Source: Octopus sinensis
Taxonomy: Eukaryota
Assembly (NCBI RefSeq): GCF_006345805.1
Contig: NC_043004.1
Location: 41,540,001-41,604,000 of the forward strand
Reading direction: 5' to 3'
Length of the DNA: 64,000 nucleotides
Shown here: positions 13,247 through 26,928 of the stretch, piece by piece
Layout of the letters: the number at the start of each line of letters is the position of its first letter
Position numbering within the stretch: position 1 is the first letter of the stretch
The notes under the pieces: model-generated
What the model was told of the DNA's origin: nothing
Databases searched by the model: none
The model's input: the letters and a program-made list of their open reading frames with translations, nothing else
Translations under genes and position numbers: made by a program

Positions 13247-13465
13247 ATATATATATATGTATATATATATACATACATATATATGTGTGGTGTATGCATG
13301 TATGCATGTATATCATACGTATGTGTATAGTTTTGGGATATATATATATATATATGTACACGTATATATATACATACTTACCTATCTATTTATTTATCTA
13401 TCTGAATATATATATAATATAAGCATAATTAAATCTCAGTTTTCTAAAATATATATATATATATA

Positions 13466-13502
<37 letters not shown>

Positions 13503-13853
13503 GTAAGGAAGAAGGAGAAAGAGAGAGAAAGAGAGAGATTAATTCATACACAGATACATACACAGTATGATCATTTGTAGGTAGATAGGAAAATATTTTT
13601 TTTTATTACATACCATAATACGTAAATCTTCTTTCGTGTAAATTTATTTTTTTATCAACATTCCATTTCTCTTCTTATTTGTCGTTTCAAATGTATTTTT
13701 CTTTGTCCTTTCGCTTGTATCAGATGCCATTACATACAGTTAAGAAATTTGTTATTCTCCATCTAACTTTCTCTCTTCACCATCCGGTTGTTCTTAGCTT
13801 CTGGAATAAAATACCCGCACGCATGCTGGCTATAAAGCGTGCTTTCGTGATGG

Positions 13854-13980
13854 TTATGAAAATAAAGAGTCTAAGAGTTTTACGTCGTCGATACATCTTT
13901 GTTTACATGCCCAGCAGCTGGCATCTTGCAGACATACGTTAATCCTTCCGGTATCCGTGCTACGAAATCGCTGTAGTTTG
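13854..13980 (-). CDS. Candidate terminal coding exon of an unidentified gene
   Basis: TTTTCAG acceptor at 13981-13987. Two frames stay open (KLQRFRSTDTGRINVCLQDASCWACKQRCIDDVKLLDSLFS* or NYSDFVARIPEGLTYVCKMP...); AATAAA about 200 nt downstream. No homolog recognised. Confidence 0.2.
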
Positions 13981-14010
13981 CTGAAAATGTACACGTGGTC
14001 ATATATACTT

Positions 14011-14072
<62 letters not shown>

Positions 14073-14159
14073 ACACACACACACACACACACGCACCCAC
14101 ACACATACATACACATGAAAATGCACACCACCTGCACCTCACATACACATATACATACA

Positions 14160-14192
14160 TGCATATATATATAATATATATATATATTATAT

Positions 14193-14224
<32 letters not shown>

Positions 14225-14242
14225 ATATATATATTATATATA

Positions 14243-14276
<34 letters not shown>

Positions 14277-14481
14277 GCTATATGTATATAGGCATATATA
14301 TGTATATGTATATATATGCATATATATATGCATATACATATACATGTATATATACGTTTATATGTGTATATATATATATAAATATATATGTCTCTATATG
14401 TATATATATGTTTATATATATGTATATATATCACCTATCTATCTGTCTATCTATCTATCTACCTACCTACCTACCTACCTG

Positions 14482-14549
<68 letters not shown>

Positions 14550-14578
14550 CCTACCTACCTACTTATCTACCTATCTAT

Positions 14579-14676
<98 letters not shown>

Positions 14677-14680
14677 GTTG
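14160..14680. repeat. Compound (TA)n plus (ATCT)n/(ACCT)n microsatellite
   Basis: Direct reading. Confidence 0.95.
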
Positions 14681-16014
14681 TTGGAGCATGTGTGTGTCTA
14701 CATTTATACAAATAGTGACTTCAATTTTCTCCACTCAATATCACCTACATAGTCAAAGATAAGATTAACAATATATTTCTTTTATTTGTTGAAAAGGCCA
14801 ATGAATATGGTAAATTTACTTGGCAATTGAAAAAATAAAGAGAAAGAACTATAGCTAACCTTTGTTCTATAAAGAAGAATGAAAACAAGCGATGGCAACA
14901 GCAACCGAGAAAACAGATCGTTGGGTTGTACGAAGAAAATACGGAAATTATAGTATTGTTTGAAATCCTGGGATGTCATTCCATTTCGGTAGTGGAATAA
15001 TTCTGTGATATTTTCTTTTACTTCTATTGTTTATTATTTTTCAACGTCAGTTCCAACATTACTTGCTTGAAGCATTATCCATACAATCTTTGTGGGAAAA
15101 ATCCGTGTGAATAGCATCAGTACAAACAGATGGTATGGAATAAATATCATCCCGAAGTGTCTCAATAGTACGAGCAGGTATTAAAGTATTGGTTGTCGCT
15201 AGTTTGCCTCGGTTTCATTTCTCATACAGGAGTTCAAATCTACCGTTTTTATCCTGCTCAGTTTCTTAATGGAACGTAGGTTCTCTTCAGGTGCCTTGCA
15301 ATGTCATGTGATTTGTTTTATAGTTGGTTCCATGTTGTCCATGACGTCTTCAGTTTTCTTCAGATTTCCACAAGTTTATTCTTGGGTAATCCACTTTCTT
15401 TTTTCGTCCTCTGTGTTCCCGTCAAGCTTGGTGAGGTTGCCGGTTTAGTCGCCGACGACCCAACCATGCAACAGGTTGTACTGGATTACATGTTACCAAT
15501 AGCACTCGAAAGTGACCTGACATACACGTACAAACGTACATACACACACACACACACACGGGCACACGGGCACACGGGCACACATATAAATACGTGCAGG
15601 AATGTATGTATGTTTACCTTTCTGTGCTTTTTTAGGACACAAATTCAAATTAATTTTTGGAAAATATTCCCTAATAAATTATATATCACAATACCAATAC
15701 TGTTGCGTACATTTCATAAATAATCACGACTATGGATGACGAATGTATATGTGTGCGCGTGCGCGTGGGTATGCGTGTACGAGCGAGTGTGTATAAGTGA
15801 GAATAGGTATGGACTTCAAATCTATACGTGTATTATATTTCATCGAAATATGCCAAATGAAATTTGATATGAATATATCAACTACTCAGCTTATTAAATT
15901 ATATAATGTTTTATTAGCTTGTACGATGTTTATTAAATTCAGTCATTTTTATCAAATACAATAACTTATAAGTGTGTATTTACTTGTAGCGTGTGCATAT
16001 ATATATATATATTA

Positions 16015-16048
<34 letters not shown>

Positions 16049-16529
16049 ATATATTATATATATATATATATATAATATATATATATATACATATATATGT
16101 ATGTATGTATATATTATATATATTATGTATGTGTGTATATATTTTATATATATGGATGTGTATATACATCATTTATATATTATATAGATGTATACGTATA
16201 TATATATATATATATTATATATATAATATATATATATATGTATGTATAAATATATTATATTTATTTCGTGTGTGTGTGTGTGTATAGATATGTTTTATGT
16301 TTGCTTTTTACCACACGTATATAATAACAACATTTCTGAGTAAACAGGTGAAGTGACAACAGGCGCGGGGACACAGTTAAATGAATACTGGCTGTCATGT
16401 GAGAGAAAATAGAGGTGCTTAACTACTCATATGCCTGTCTGTATGAATGAATACGTATACTTTATGTTTAGTTATGATAAAAACAATTTTACGTGAAACT
16501 AAAAGATTATTCGTCATTTTTCGTAGAGT

Positions 16530-17592
16530 AAGGTGGCGAGCTGGCGGAATCGTTAGCACGCCGGGCGAAATGCTTAGCAGTATTTCGTCTGCCGCTACGT
16601 TCTGAGCTCAAATTCCGCCGAGGTCATCTTTGCTTTTCATCCTTTCGGGGTCGATTAAATAAGTACCATTTACGCACTGGGGTCGATATAATCAACCTAA
16701 TCAGTTTGTATGTCCTTGTTTGTCCCCTCTGTGTGTAGCCCCTTGTGGGTAGTAAAGAAATAGGTATTTCGTCTGTCTTTACGTTCTGAGTTCAAATGCC
16801 GCCGAGGCCGACTTTGCCTTTCATACTTCAGGGTCGATAAATTAAGTACCAGTTGCGTACTGGGGTCGATCTAATCAACTGACCCCTCCCCCCAAATTTC
16901 GGGCCTTGTACATAGAGTAGAAACGCATTAAGGCGGCGAGCTGGCAGAAACGTTAGCACGCCAGGTGAAATGCTTAACGGTATTTCGTCTGCCGTTACGT
17001 TCTGAATTCAAATTCCACCGAGGTTGACTTTGCCTTTCATCCTTTCGGCGTCGATAAATTGAGCACCAGTTACGCACTGGGGTCGATGTAATCGACTTAA
17101 TCCCTTTGTCTGTCCTTGTTTGTCTCTTCTATGTTTAGTCCCTTGTGGGCAATTAAGTAATAAGAAACATCAGCACGCCGAGCGAAATGCTTAACGGTAT
17201 TTCGTGTCAAGGGCGGCGAGCTGGCAGAATCGTTAGCACACGGGCAAAATGCTTAGCGGTATTTCGTCTGCTGTTACGTTCTGACTTCAGATTCCGCCGA
17301 GTTCGACTTTGCCTTTCATCCTTTCGGGGTCGATTAAATAAGTACCAGTTACGCACTGGGGTCTATATAATCGACTAAATCCGTTTGTCTGTCTTTGTTT
17401 GTCCCCTCTGTGTTTAGCCCCGTGTGGGTAGTAAAGAAATAGGTATTTCGTTTCTTTACATTCTGAGTTCCAATTCCGCAAAGGTCGACTTTGCTTTTTA
17501 TCCTTTCGGGCTTGATAAATTAAGTACCAGTTGCGTACTGGGGTCGATTTAATCGACTGGCCCCCCTCTCTAGAGTAGAAAAGAATAATATT
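16530..17592 (+). mobile_element. Head-to-tail cluster of SINE family B units (composite, monomer plus stub, composite)
   Basis: Heads GG(C/T)GGCGAGCTGGC at 16530, 16930 and 17209; B box GAGTTCAAATTCC; central CTTTGCCTTTCATCCTTTCGGGGTCGATAAATTAAGTACCAG. Confidence 0.9.
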
Positions 17593-19221
17593 CATTAACA
17601 AGAAAAGTGTTAACAGTGACTTCAAAGTTTTGGCTTGTTTAGCCTTCATGGAATTGTGGCATATTTGAATTCATTTTAGATTTATATAATCTCTGATAAG
17701 CTTAGTTTGTCCTGTGTAGGTGGAACTCTGTCGAATGGCAATTAGGTTGTAGGGTAAATTGTAGGGAAAATATTATGGAATATTTTTATTTATTAAATTT
17801 AGCGTTGTGTGGTGTTATTTAGGAGCTTTATCCTGTTTGTTCTGGAAAGGTGGAGGCTAATTAAGTGTGCTCCTTTAGCTTTGTCAGCTTTAGCTCATGG
17901 AGTTTTTAAGGGTTCTGAAAAGAATGTAAGTTGGTGAGAAGGTTAGTTGGTCAGTAGATTTCTTTACTTGTTGCTGGTGTTATTTAGGAGATTCAACCTT
18001 TTCGTTTTGGGAACGTGGAGACTGTTGTTCAAAGTTCAGTCAAAAGTTACGTGTGTATATTTAGATGTGTCAGCTTTAGGTCATACTGTTTTTAGTATAA
18101 AAATTTATTTATCGTGTGCTTTAAAAGTCACTAAAGGATGTAGGTAGCTGGAAAGGTTAGTTGGTCAGCAGATTTCCCAAAAGGAGTTAATTTTTCCTGA
18201 TTTTATTTGATTACTGTTTAGAAAATTTAATCTATTTTTTGTCAGTAAGCCGTGTGTTTTTGCCATTTTTCATTCCACTTCTTTCTTCCAATAGTAATTT
18301 TATTATCATTATTTATTTCAAAGTTAAAGATAATTTGCATTTAATATTGAACCTAAACATTATTTCTTCCCTTTTGTTCACTTTGTATGTACTTATGCGT
18401 ATGTGTGTGTTTGTGTATGTGCGTGCATGGGGGATGTTTAATATACGCATCATTCTAGGAATCATTGGAACTGTTTCATGAAATCATAACGGCTTTGAGT
18501 TCCAATATGTATGTATTCGTTAGTGACGGATTTTATTTGGGAAATGGGAGAAAAAAGGTGATATCACAAAAATAATTAAGAGCACTGCAGTTTGTTTGAA
18601 GTATTGTGCTACGAAAGTAAAATAAAAAAAATAATGAAGATGGAGAGCTTCATGCAATACGAAAAGAGCAAGCTAAGTAACATTTACATTATTTCACGCA
18701 CAAAGGCCCACCATTAAAAGTGAACGGCTTAAAAGAATATAAGATCACGTAGATCTTGCCATTTTGTGTATCGTACGGGCAGTCAGTTGTGCCTGGAATA
18801 TATAATAGTTACGTGACGTTCTCTTCTCGCATTCTAAGAAGCTCCCCGTCTTCGCTGTTTGTTATTTTATAAAGATAAATATTTAAAACAATGCTACTTT
18901 AAAATAATATGTGAGAATCTCTAGTCATAACTTTAACAAAATGTCTAAATATATTTTTTACTTTAATAATAAGTTCTTAATTTTTGCTTATAAATAAGCT
19001 CATAAATATTTCAAGTGTTGTTCAGGTGAAAAGTCAGCGTCTTATTTAAATGATGTCTACAAAATTTATATTGTAATAAATATTCTAATTTAAATTAATT
19101 AACTGTATAACTTATGTACGAAATAGAAATTTATTCAGAATTAGCGGGTATAATTAATCTATTTCATAAAGGCAAAAAACATAAAAAGGAAGAAAAAAAA
19201 AAAACCCAAACTCAAGAATAA

Positions 19222-19378
19222 GTGTGTGAGTGCTCGAAGCTTGCTTTCAAAACATGTCATCTTGGGTTCAGTCCCACAGTGCGGCATCTTAGGCAAATGT
19301 CTTCTACTATAGCGCCGGGTGGACCAATGCCTTGTGAGTGGATTTAGGAGTCGAAAACTTAAAGAAGCCGTCGTATAC
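19222..19378 (+). mobile_element. SINE family A head, diverged
   Basis: GGGTTCAGTCCCAC...AAAGAAGCCGTCG. Confidence 0.75.
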
Positions 19379-19582
19379 ATACATATATAATGCATACATA
19401 CATAATGCATACATATATACATACATACATACATACATACATACATAACATACATACATACATACATACATACATACATAGATACATACATAGATACATA
19501 CATACATACATACATAATGCATACATAGATACATACAAACATAAAACATACATTCATCCATACATACATACATATACATACA

Positions 19583-19614
<32 letters not shown>

Positions 19615-19890
19615 CACACATTGAAATACCCCCGCACACACACATATAGTCGCAGGCGTGGCTATGTGGTAAGAAGCTTGCTTCCCAACCACACGGTTCT
19701 GTGTGGATTGAAAAAAAATCCCAAAGCCACTTTTAATTTTCATAGCATGTTGGTCATCACTTTACTAGTAACACTGCGTAACACGATTGTTATCATTGAG
19801 TAACACCTGTTATTGCCTATTTGCTTACCCCTAGAATGTATGAAAAGTGGCTAACATTTCTTTCAAACTTTACTTTTGTTATGATATTTA

Positions 19891-20062
19891 TTCAAACCCC
19901 AAAGAATCCTTCTCAACACGTGGCTACGATATACTCCCACACTACTCCCACCCATGATCAGAGATGCACATATTGTCAGCCACTAAGGGACATACAAAAT
20001 TGGTTAAGGTCAAGCAACTGACAAACAAACTAGTCTTATTGAACAGAATACTTGCTATAACG
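19891..20062 (-). mobile_element. Old fragment of the (AAT)n-associated element
   Basis: TTATTCAAACCCCAAAGAATCC...CAGCCACTAAGGGACA...GGTCAAGCAACTGACAA is the reverse complement of the 32115 element. Confidence 0.7.
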
Positions 20063-20898
20063 ATATTTCTGCTTCAGCAACTCAGCACTGAATCTGTCCG
20101 AAATGTAATGGAAAATATGTCAGTTTGAAAACATTGTTGTCCAAGTCACAAAAGCAAAGTTTGAAGGGAATAGTAGTCATTTCCTTAGATTTCTAGATAG
20201 AAGCGATAGGAAATAACACTTACGGACTAAAGGCAAAAAAAAAAAAGAGTTTGTAATACAGTGTAATCTGATGTATTTTTGTATCGCTTTTGTTTTTGTA
20301 AATTGTATTCCTGCTTTAATTCACCATCGATTATGTGAAATTGTCTGAAAATGTGTGGCCATCAGCTCTGTACTTCTTTTCGCACGACTATATAATCCAT
20401 AATTATCTTGTGGTGGTGAATACGACTCTCCTTTATATAGTTATGTTTGTTGGGATTTGTGCATTTTTTGGGAGTCTTTTTCAGCTTCAAACAACACCAC
20501 CACCCTTCCTATCTCTCATCCCAAGATAATGGAGTCATCTTGTTGCTGCTGTTTAATATTGTGCAAGTTACTAAACTGAGGGTCTTCTCTTCACAACTGC
20601 TTACATCAAGGATCACTGATTTATCATCCGTGTCCAGGACGGTCGTTCATATCTTTGTATTGAGATATTTACGAATCGTCACTACCGATCCATGCAATCT
20701 TGGTACAAGAAACATGCGTATATCTTTTGAGTTGTCGAGAATTATCGCGGGCGCACATGTACCAGAAATGCTGGTCTTGCTGATGACTATTGCATATAGA
20801 GACTTGAGATTGTTAAGCAAATGAATTTGCTTCTAATTTGCTGTTCATGTCGCTGGCCTATTGGATGTGTAGCGGTAGCATTGATGGTGCTGGTCTTG

Positions 20899-21300
20899 GG
20901 TGCGGCTATGTTTTTAGCCTGCTTACCAACCACACGGTTCCGGGTTCAGTCCCACTGCGTGGCACCTTGGGAAAGTGTCTTCTACTATAGCCTCGGGCCG
21001 ACCAAAGCCTTGTGAGTGGATTTGGTAGACGGAAACTGAAAGAAGCCCGTCGTATATATGTATATGTATATATGCGTGTGTGTGTTTGTGTGTCTGTGTT
21101 TGTCCCCCTAGCATTGCTTGACAACCGATGCTGGTGTGCTTATGTCCCCGTTACTTAGCGGTTCGGCAAAAGAGAACCGATAGAATAAGTACTGGGCTTA
21201 CAAAAAAGAATAAGTCCCGGGGTCTAGTTGCTCGATTAAAGGCGGTGCTCCAGCTTGGCCGCAGTCAAATGACTGAAACAAGTAAAAGAGTAAAAAGAGT
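20899..21300 (+). mobile_element. SINE family A, 5' end eroded
   Basis: B box, body and AAAAGAGT tail. Confidence 0.88.
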
Positions 21301-21426
21301 AATTAGTCTCGGTTTTAACACTATCTATTAACTGAGGCTATTGTCTAGAGTACTTATAGTAGTGGCGGTCGTAATTCAACTGTTGTTTTGGCCGCCACAG
21401 TTGGTGAACACAATATTATCGTTGCT

Positions 21427-21625
21427 AAGGTGGTGAGCTGTCATGAATTGTTAGCATGCCGGAAGAAAATGCTTTGCAGCATTTCCTCCATCTTTACGTT
21501 CTGAGTTCAAATTCCGCAGAAGTCGACTCTAACTTTCGTCTCTTCGGGTTCAAGTACTGGGGAAAATGTAACTCGCTTCCCTTACAAAACTGCTAGCCTT
21601 GTACCAAAATATGAAACCATAATTT
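21427..21625 (+). mobile_element. SINE family B, diverged
   Basis: AAGGTGGTGAGCTG head and TTCTGAGTTCAAATTCC. Confidence 0.7.
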
Positions 21626-22372
21626 TTGTTTTTGCTGCCGTTACCACTGTCAGAGCTGATGATGGCGGGAGCAATTGTACTATTCCGACTTCCTCCTTTC
21701 GCAAATTTTGAACAAGAATGGGCAAGCGATTTTTATGATGAAAAGTTTCTCCTCCATTCAAGCCTCTTCACTTTTTCTACCTACTAAATACAATCTTATC
21801 TTCTTCGTCACACATCGCCATTAGCAATTTAAAATTATTTTCGAACAATTTGTCAATGTTTTTTTTTTTTTATGTTTATAATCGACACAGCTCCTCGTAC
21901 AGACTGATATCAGAAAAAGAATCACTCCAGTTTGTTGGTGGCCAGTTTTGAGACAAAACACACAACAAAAGGTATTCGAAGCGAAATCTCCTTCAAGTAA
22001 ATAACCAACACTCTGTAAAAACTGACACAGCTGAACACCAACGTTGATTTCACGGCAGAGACAATAATAATGACGATAATAAGGATAACAACAACTGCAG
22101 CAGCAACAAAATATATCTAAAAGACACTGAAATGAATTTGTCAATGTTAGACTACTGTATTAGTCTACTAGTTGGTGTTCAGCTGAGTCTACGTTACAAA
22201 TGAGCAAGACGTGTGAAATTTCCACATCATTAGCATTGTTACTCTGTGACAGTCTGCCTACACACGTTCACACATACACATAACAACGTACATACATATA
22301 GATGTACACAAATACACAAAAATACAAAGACGTGTGTGTGTGTGTATGAATATATATATATAAAGTAAAGAA

Positions 22373-22448
<76 letters not shown>

Positions 22449-22632
22449 TTATATGTATATATATATGAATATATACCATACATTTAAACAAACATGTGAT
22501 TATGTATATACATATTTATGTTAGTATATTCATGTATATATATAAATATATAATATAGATATCTCTCTTTCTATCTTTCTCTCTACTTCTCTTTGTCTGT
22601 ATATATATAATGATATAAATATATGTATATAT

Positions 22633-22898
22633 AGGAGGGGCTGTGTGGTAAGTAGCTTGCTAACCAACCACATGGTTCCGGGTTCAGTCCCACTGCGTGG
22701 CATCTTGGGCAAATGTCTTCTGCTATAGCCTCGGGCCGACCAAAGCCTTGTGAGTGGATTTGGTAGACGGGCTTCTTTAAGTTTCCATCTACCAAATCCA
22801 TTCACAAGGTTTTGGTCGGCCCGAGGCTATAGTAGAAGAAACTTGCCCACGTAGTGGGACTGAACCAGGAACCATGTGGTTGGGAAGCAAGCTTCTTT
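22633..22898. mobile_element. Two SINE family A heads fused in inverted orientation
   Basis: + head 22633-22770 joins - head 22766-22898 through shared GACGG. Confidence 0.85.
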
Positions 22899-23344
22899 AT
22901 TTCATTATATTGGCCATAAAGGCCTTACATAGAGATAGGAACCTGCGAGCTGGACACAGACATAATGTTATATGAAATGAACAATAAAAATGATGATTAA
23001 TGGGGGAAAAAACGACGCCCGCCGATCGTTTTTTTCCCGAGAACATTGATTCTTATATTATTCATGAGGCAACAAACCTCTTACATTGTTCACAATTCAA
23101 TAACAAAATGAGGCACTAAGCCTCTTGCCTTTTTTTCTTCCAAACTTGGAACTTTCAATAACACTGAGACATTTCTAAATATTTCAGAGAGATTTATGCA
23201 GCAGTGGTACGATAAAGTAGTTGTATACTGTCAAACTTAATGTGACAGTCCCATGAAGGGAATCATACTACTGCTATTTAGCCCTAGGAAGCAGCAACGC
23301 TTCCTGTCGGCTTTGACACATTTCCTGTGTTCTTATGTTTGCCC

Positions 23345-23612
23345 GGACCGGGCTGTGTTTTCTTGAGCAAGACACTTTATTTCACGGTGCTCCAATTTAC
23401 CCACCTGTAGAAATGAGTTGCGACGTCACTGGTGCCAAGTTGTATTGGCCTTTGCCTTTCCTTTGGACAACATCGGTGGCGTGGAGAGGGAAGACTGGTA
23501 TGCAGGGGTGACTGCTGGTCTTCTATAAACAACCTTGCTCGGACCTGTGGCTCAGAGAGTAACTTTCTAGGTGCAATCCCACCGCCATTCATGCCCGAAA
23601 GGAGTCTTTATC
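23345..23612 (+). mobile_element. CORE-like SINE with a distinct tail
   Basis: TTCTTGAGCAAGACACTTTATTTCAC resembles the start of a CORE-type domain (from memory); tail ends GGTGCAATCCC...CCGAAAGGAGTCTTTA. Confidence 0.5.
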
Positions 23613-24930
23613 TATACTTATACTACATACATTGTCCAAAGCTTCCTAAGAAGGTGACTTGGTTGCTCCTTCTTGTAGTTAAAGCAGTTACGCAGATGTT
23701 TCATAGTCGGATCGTAAGTAGTAGCTAGTTATGGTGCGTGGTACAATTTACCGATGTAAGAATCAACAGCAAAACGACAAATCTAACTTTAGATGGAAGT
23801 GATTACTTCAGATTATTGGTCAAAAAAAAAAAAAAGAAAAAAGGAACTGTTAATTACAATACATCAGCATTCCTTACATAGAAAATAGGAATTTATATTT
23901 ACAGATATTATAACGATTGCTTCGGCCAGGCCTATGGCGAAAGCGTCCAAACCATGATCATCCCGTTCTTTTTCAAACAACATTTCCAAGGCTACATTAT
24001 CCATTTTTGAACAGATGGTAAAGTATATTGAATTCGTCTTCTATTTGGAATAGGTAAAGTGACTACGAAAAGACTCCTTCGTTAGTTCTATATTTGGAGA
24101 TATATCTCATTGCTATATGATATACATATTTATAGATATATCTCATTTTACTTCAAAAACCGGAGATTGGTACCGGCCATATAGATATTTGTGATTCGGG
24201 AAATAATCAGCTAAGCACATTGGATCTGACCCAGCGACACAACATATCACGTTCGACGCAAAAGTCTGTATTGCATCTATTTAAAATCATAAAAGAAAAC
24301 ATTTAATAGATATTTCTTTCATATAGAAATCAGGATTTCGCTATTTCTATATATAGAAACACCAACTTCCTCAAATGGGACTTCTGCAAATTTACATATC
24401 GCTAATTTAACGGTAAAAGGAAATGGAAATTTGTAAATGTTCGTAAGTTATCTAAGAATCTTAATGAAGCTAGTGAAAGAAAATAGCTTCGATCGGAAAG
24501 CAAAGCTAGATTGCAGGTAGAGCTCCCAGCATGTGTCTGCTAGTTTCTTCTTCGAAAATGCCAGAAATTCTCCTCTCCTTTACTCTCAGCATATGTCTTT
24601 TATTTTGCGAATTTTCTTATCAGTTTACTGAGAATTTATGTTTGCTCTCCGCTGTCAGACAATTATCAAATAAAAATTTCTTGCAATGGTACACGTTAAC
24701 ACATTTATAGGGATGTAGGTTCGGTCAATTCAGTTGGTGCATTACAGGTGCTTTAATCATTTTATAGAAACAAGACCAAAAATAAGCGAGGTAAAGTAAT
24801 TGTTAATAGGATTTGAACTAAATGTTACAAGCTTTTAGTCTCGCATTCTAACCTTTCTCCTTTTTTACTTTTTCAGTGATGAATTAAGGACGATGATTCT
24901 CTAACCGGGAAAGCACTTAATATTTTTACA

Positions 24931-25135
24931 GAGCTGGCAGAATCGTTAGCACGCTGGGCAAAATGCCTAGTGGTATTTCGTCCGTCGTTACGTTCTGAAT
25001 TCAAATTCCGCCGCGGTCGACTTTATCTTTCATCCTCACGTGGTCGATAAAATAAGTAACAGTTGAGCACTAGGGTTGATGTAATCGACTTATCCATTCT
25101 CCGAAGCCGCTTTATGCCAAAATTTGAAAACAATA
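24931..25135 (+). mobile_element. SINE family B
   Basis: GAGCTGGCAGAATCGTTAGCACG head and central domain. Confidence 0.82.
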
Positions 25136-25599
25136 CTTTTACAGAAATGAAGACAGCATGTCACTGTTTATAAGCAATTTCAAGGTTATTAAGAAGGCTG
25201 GATGAAGGGTAGGGATCAGGTTGTATTTATTTTAAGGAGTTGTACAAGAAATAAATTCAGTTGCTTCAATTTTTATGTATAAATATAGATTAAAAAAATG
25301 CTTCAGTTTCTTGCATTTGTGAAATAATGTAAAGGAAATAGATATTAACAGGTTTTGAATTTAAATCTCGTATTCATTCTACGAAGAGTGAAGATACTCG
25401 CCATTAACGATTTAATGGTAGTATCAGTAGGATCGATGGAAGGCCTCAAATTGGAAAACAACAAGAACAAGAACAACAACAACAACAACAAAAGACCTAT
25501 TATTAATTAGCGGAATTGAAAATAAGGAGTCTAACATGACAAAAACTCTAATAATTCAAAACTATATCACCAAAATAGAATACATTATGAAGAAAGAAA

Positions 25600-26200
25600 A
25601 AAAAATGGTTTAAGCAAATGATTTCAACAAAGCTATGTATGATAAGACACTTGGAGAACGTGAGCGCTATTCCAGGAGGATAAGATATTTGAATCAAATG
25701 AAAGAAGAGACACAAACATAAATAACTTAACATTGGTGATTTTAATAACGAGAACAGCGGAATTCCAAGCATACTGGGAGTTAATATGAAGTACAAAACA
25801 CGCATTCTGCACAACAAAAGCAAACAATTGTTCAAAATGAAAGAGAACATCAGAATATGGTAACAGCACAAACATATTTTATCTTATATCTAAATCAGAA
25901 ACTCTTATCGTTTCTTCCAAAAACAGACGCACCAGAGACCCTAAAACCACAGATCTATAATTTGTTTGCCAGCCACATTCAAATCTCTTAATAACAAATC
26001 TAGTAAAATCCGAATTGAATGCAACCCGGAGAACAAGAAACAGTCTGTGTCAGCGGTGATAATCCTGCGAAAAAGGTCTCAGAAAAAAAAAACCCCGCAA
26101 AGAGCACACTTCATGATTTTAATTTTTCTCTGTAAGGAACTAATGGAGTACAAGTAAGTTCAAGATTTTGAGAGTTGTCTTTAACGAATGAAAATTGAGA
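25600..26200 (+). mobile_element. Highly decayed non-LTR RT fragment, R4/Dong-like
   Basis: Across two frameshifts reads FLPKTD..RDPK/NHRSIICLPATFKSL, then KEH(L)MI. This matches the LLPK..T.DPKNYRPITCL...YKLL and GCKEQL.I motifs of RLE-type RTs; clade is inferred. Confidence 0.5.
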
Positions 26201-26358
26201 GAAAGGAAAGAAAAGAAATTTGCAAGAAGGCTCAGCTGGAGTGATTCACAAGAATGTAGTTCAAGGATATTGACGTATTACGAATAAGGGATGGGAATAG
26301 GCGTATTCCAGAAAATAGCAATACTGGGATTTGTAAACGTTGTTACAAAATGTTCATA

Positions 26359-26768
26359 GGCGCAGGAGTGGCTGTGTGGTAAGTAGCTTGCTAACCAACC
26401 TCATGGTTCCGGGTTCAGTCCCACTGCGTGGCATCTTGGGCAAGTGTCTTCTGCTATAGCCTCGGGCCGACCAAAGCCTTGTGAGTGGATTTGGTAGACG
26501 GAAACTGAAAGAAGCCTGTCGTATATATGTATGTATATATATATGTATGTTTGTTTGTCTGTGTTTGTCCCTCTAGCATTTCTTGACAACCGGTGCTGGT
26601 GTGTTTACGTCCCCGTCACTTAGCGGTTCGGCATAAGAGACCGATAGAATAAGTACTGGGCTTACAAAGAATAAGTCCCGGGGTCGATTTGCTCGACCAA
26701 AGGCGGTGCTCCAGCATGGCCGCAGTCAAATGACTGAAACAAGTAAAAGAGTAAAAGAGTAAAGAGTA
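26359..26768 (+). mobile_element. SINE family A, full-length reference copy (tRNA-derived)
   Basis: GGCGCAGGAGTGGCTGTGTGG A box, GGTTCAGTCCC B box, CTTGGGCAAGTG CORE-like start, AAAAGAGT tail repeats. Confidence 0.92.
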
Positions 26769-26928
26769 ATAGCATTGTCAAGCTTGGGCCTTTTAGTTAG
26801 CCTCATTAATATGCGTTAACCCGATGCAGGCTTGTTTGCCTTGCACATGCTAGCTCCGTATGTTCTCTAAGATGTACTTTATTCTTGTTCCAAGAAAGGA
26901 AACACTTCGGGTATTTCTCAAACCAGAA

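Noticed and set aside
15250-15517. Three in-frame TGA codons as a selenoprotein
   Set aside because: No Cys/Sec context, no recognisable SECIS, and TGA spacing is compatible with chance.
20775-20815. CTGATGA followed by a CTAT/ATAG hairpin
   Set aside because: It is followed by AGAC rather than GAAA, and there is no stem III or stem I.
24558-24710. 50-codon ORF MPEILLSFTLSICLLFC... as a signal-peptide exon
   Set aside because: No good donor; hydrophobicity is explained by T-rich composition.
26359-26430. SINE heads as tRNA genes
   Set aside because: A and B boxes are present, but there is no complete cloverleaf or acceptor stem and each continues into a SINE body.
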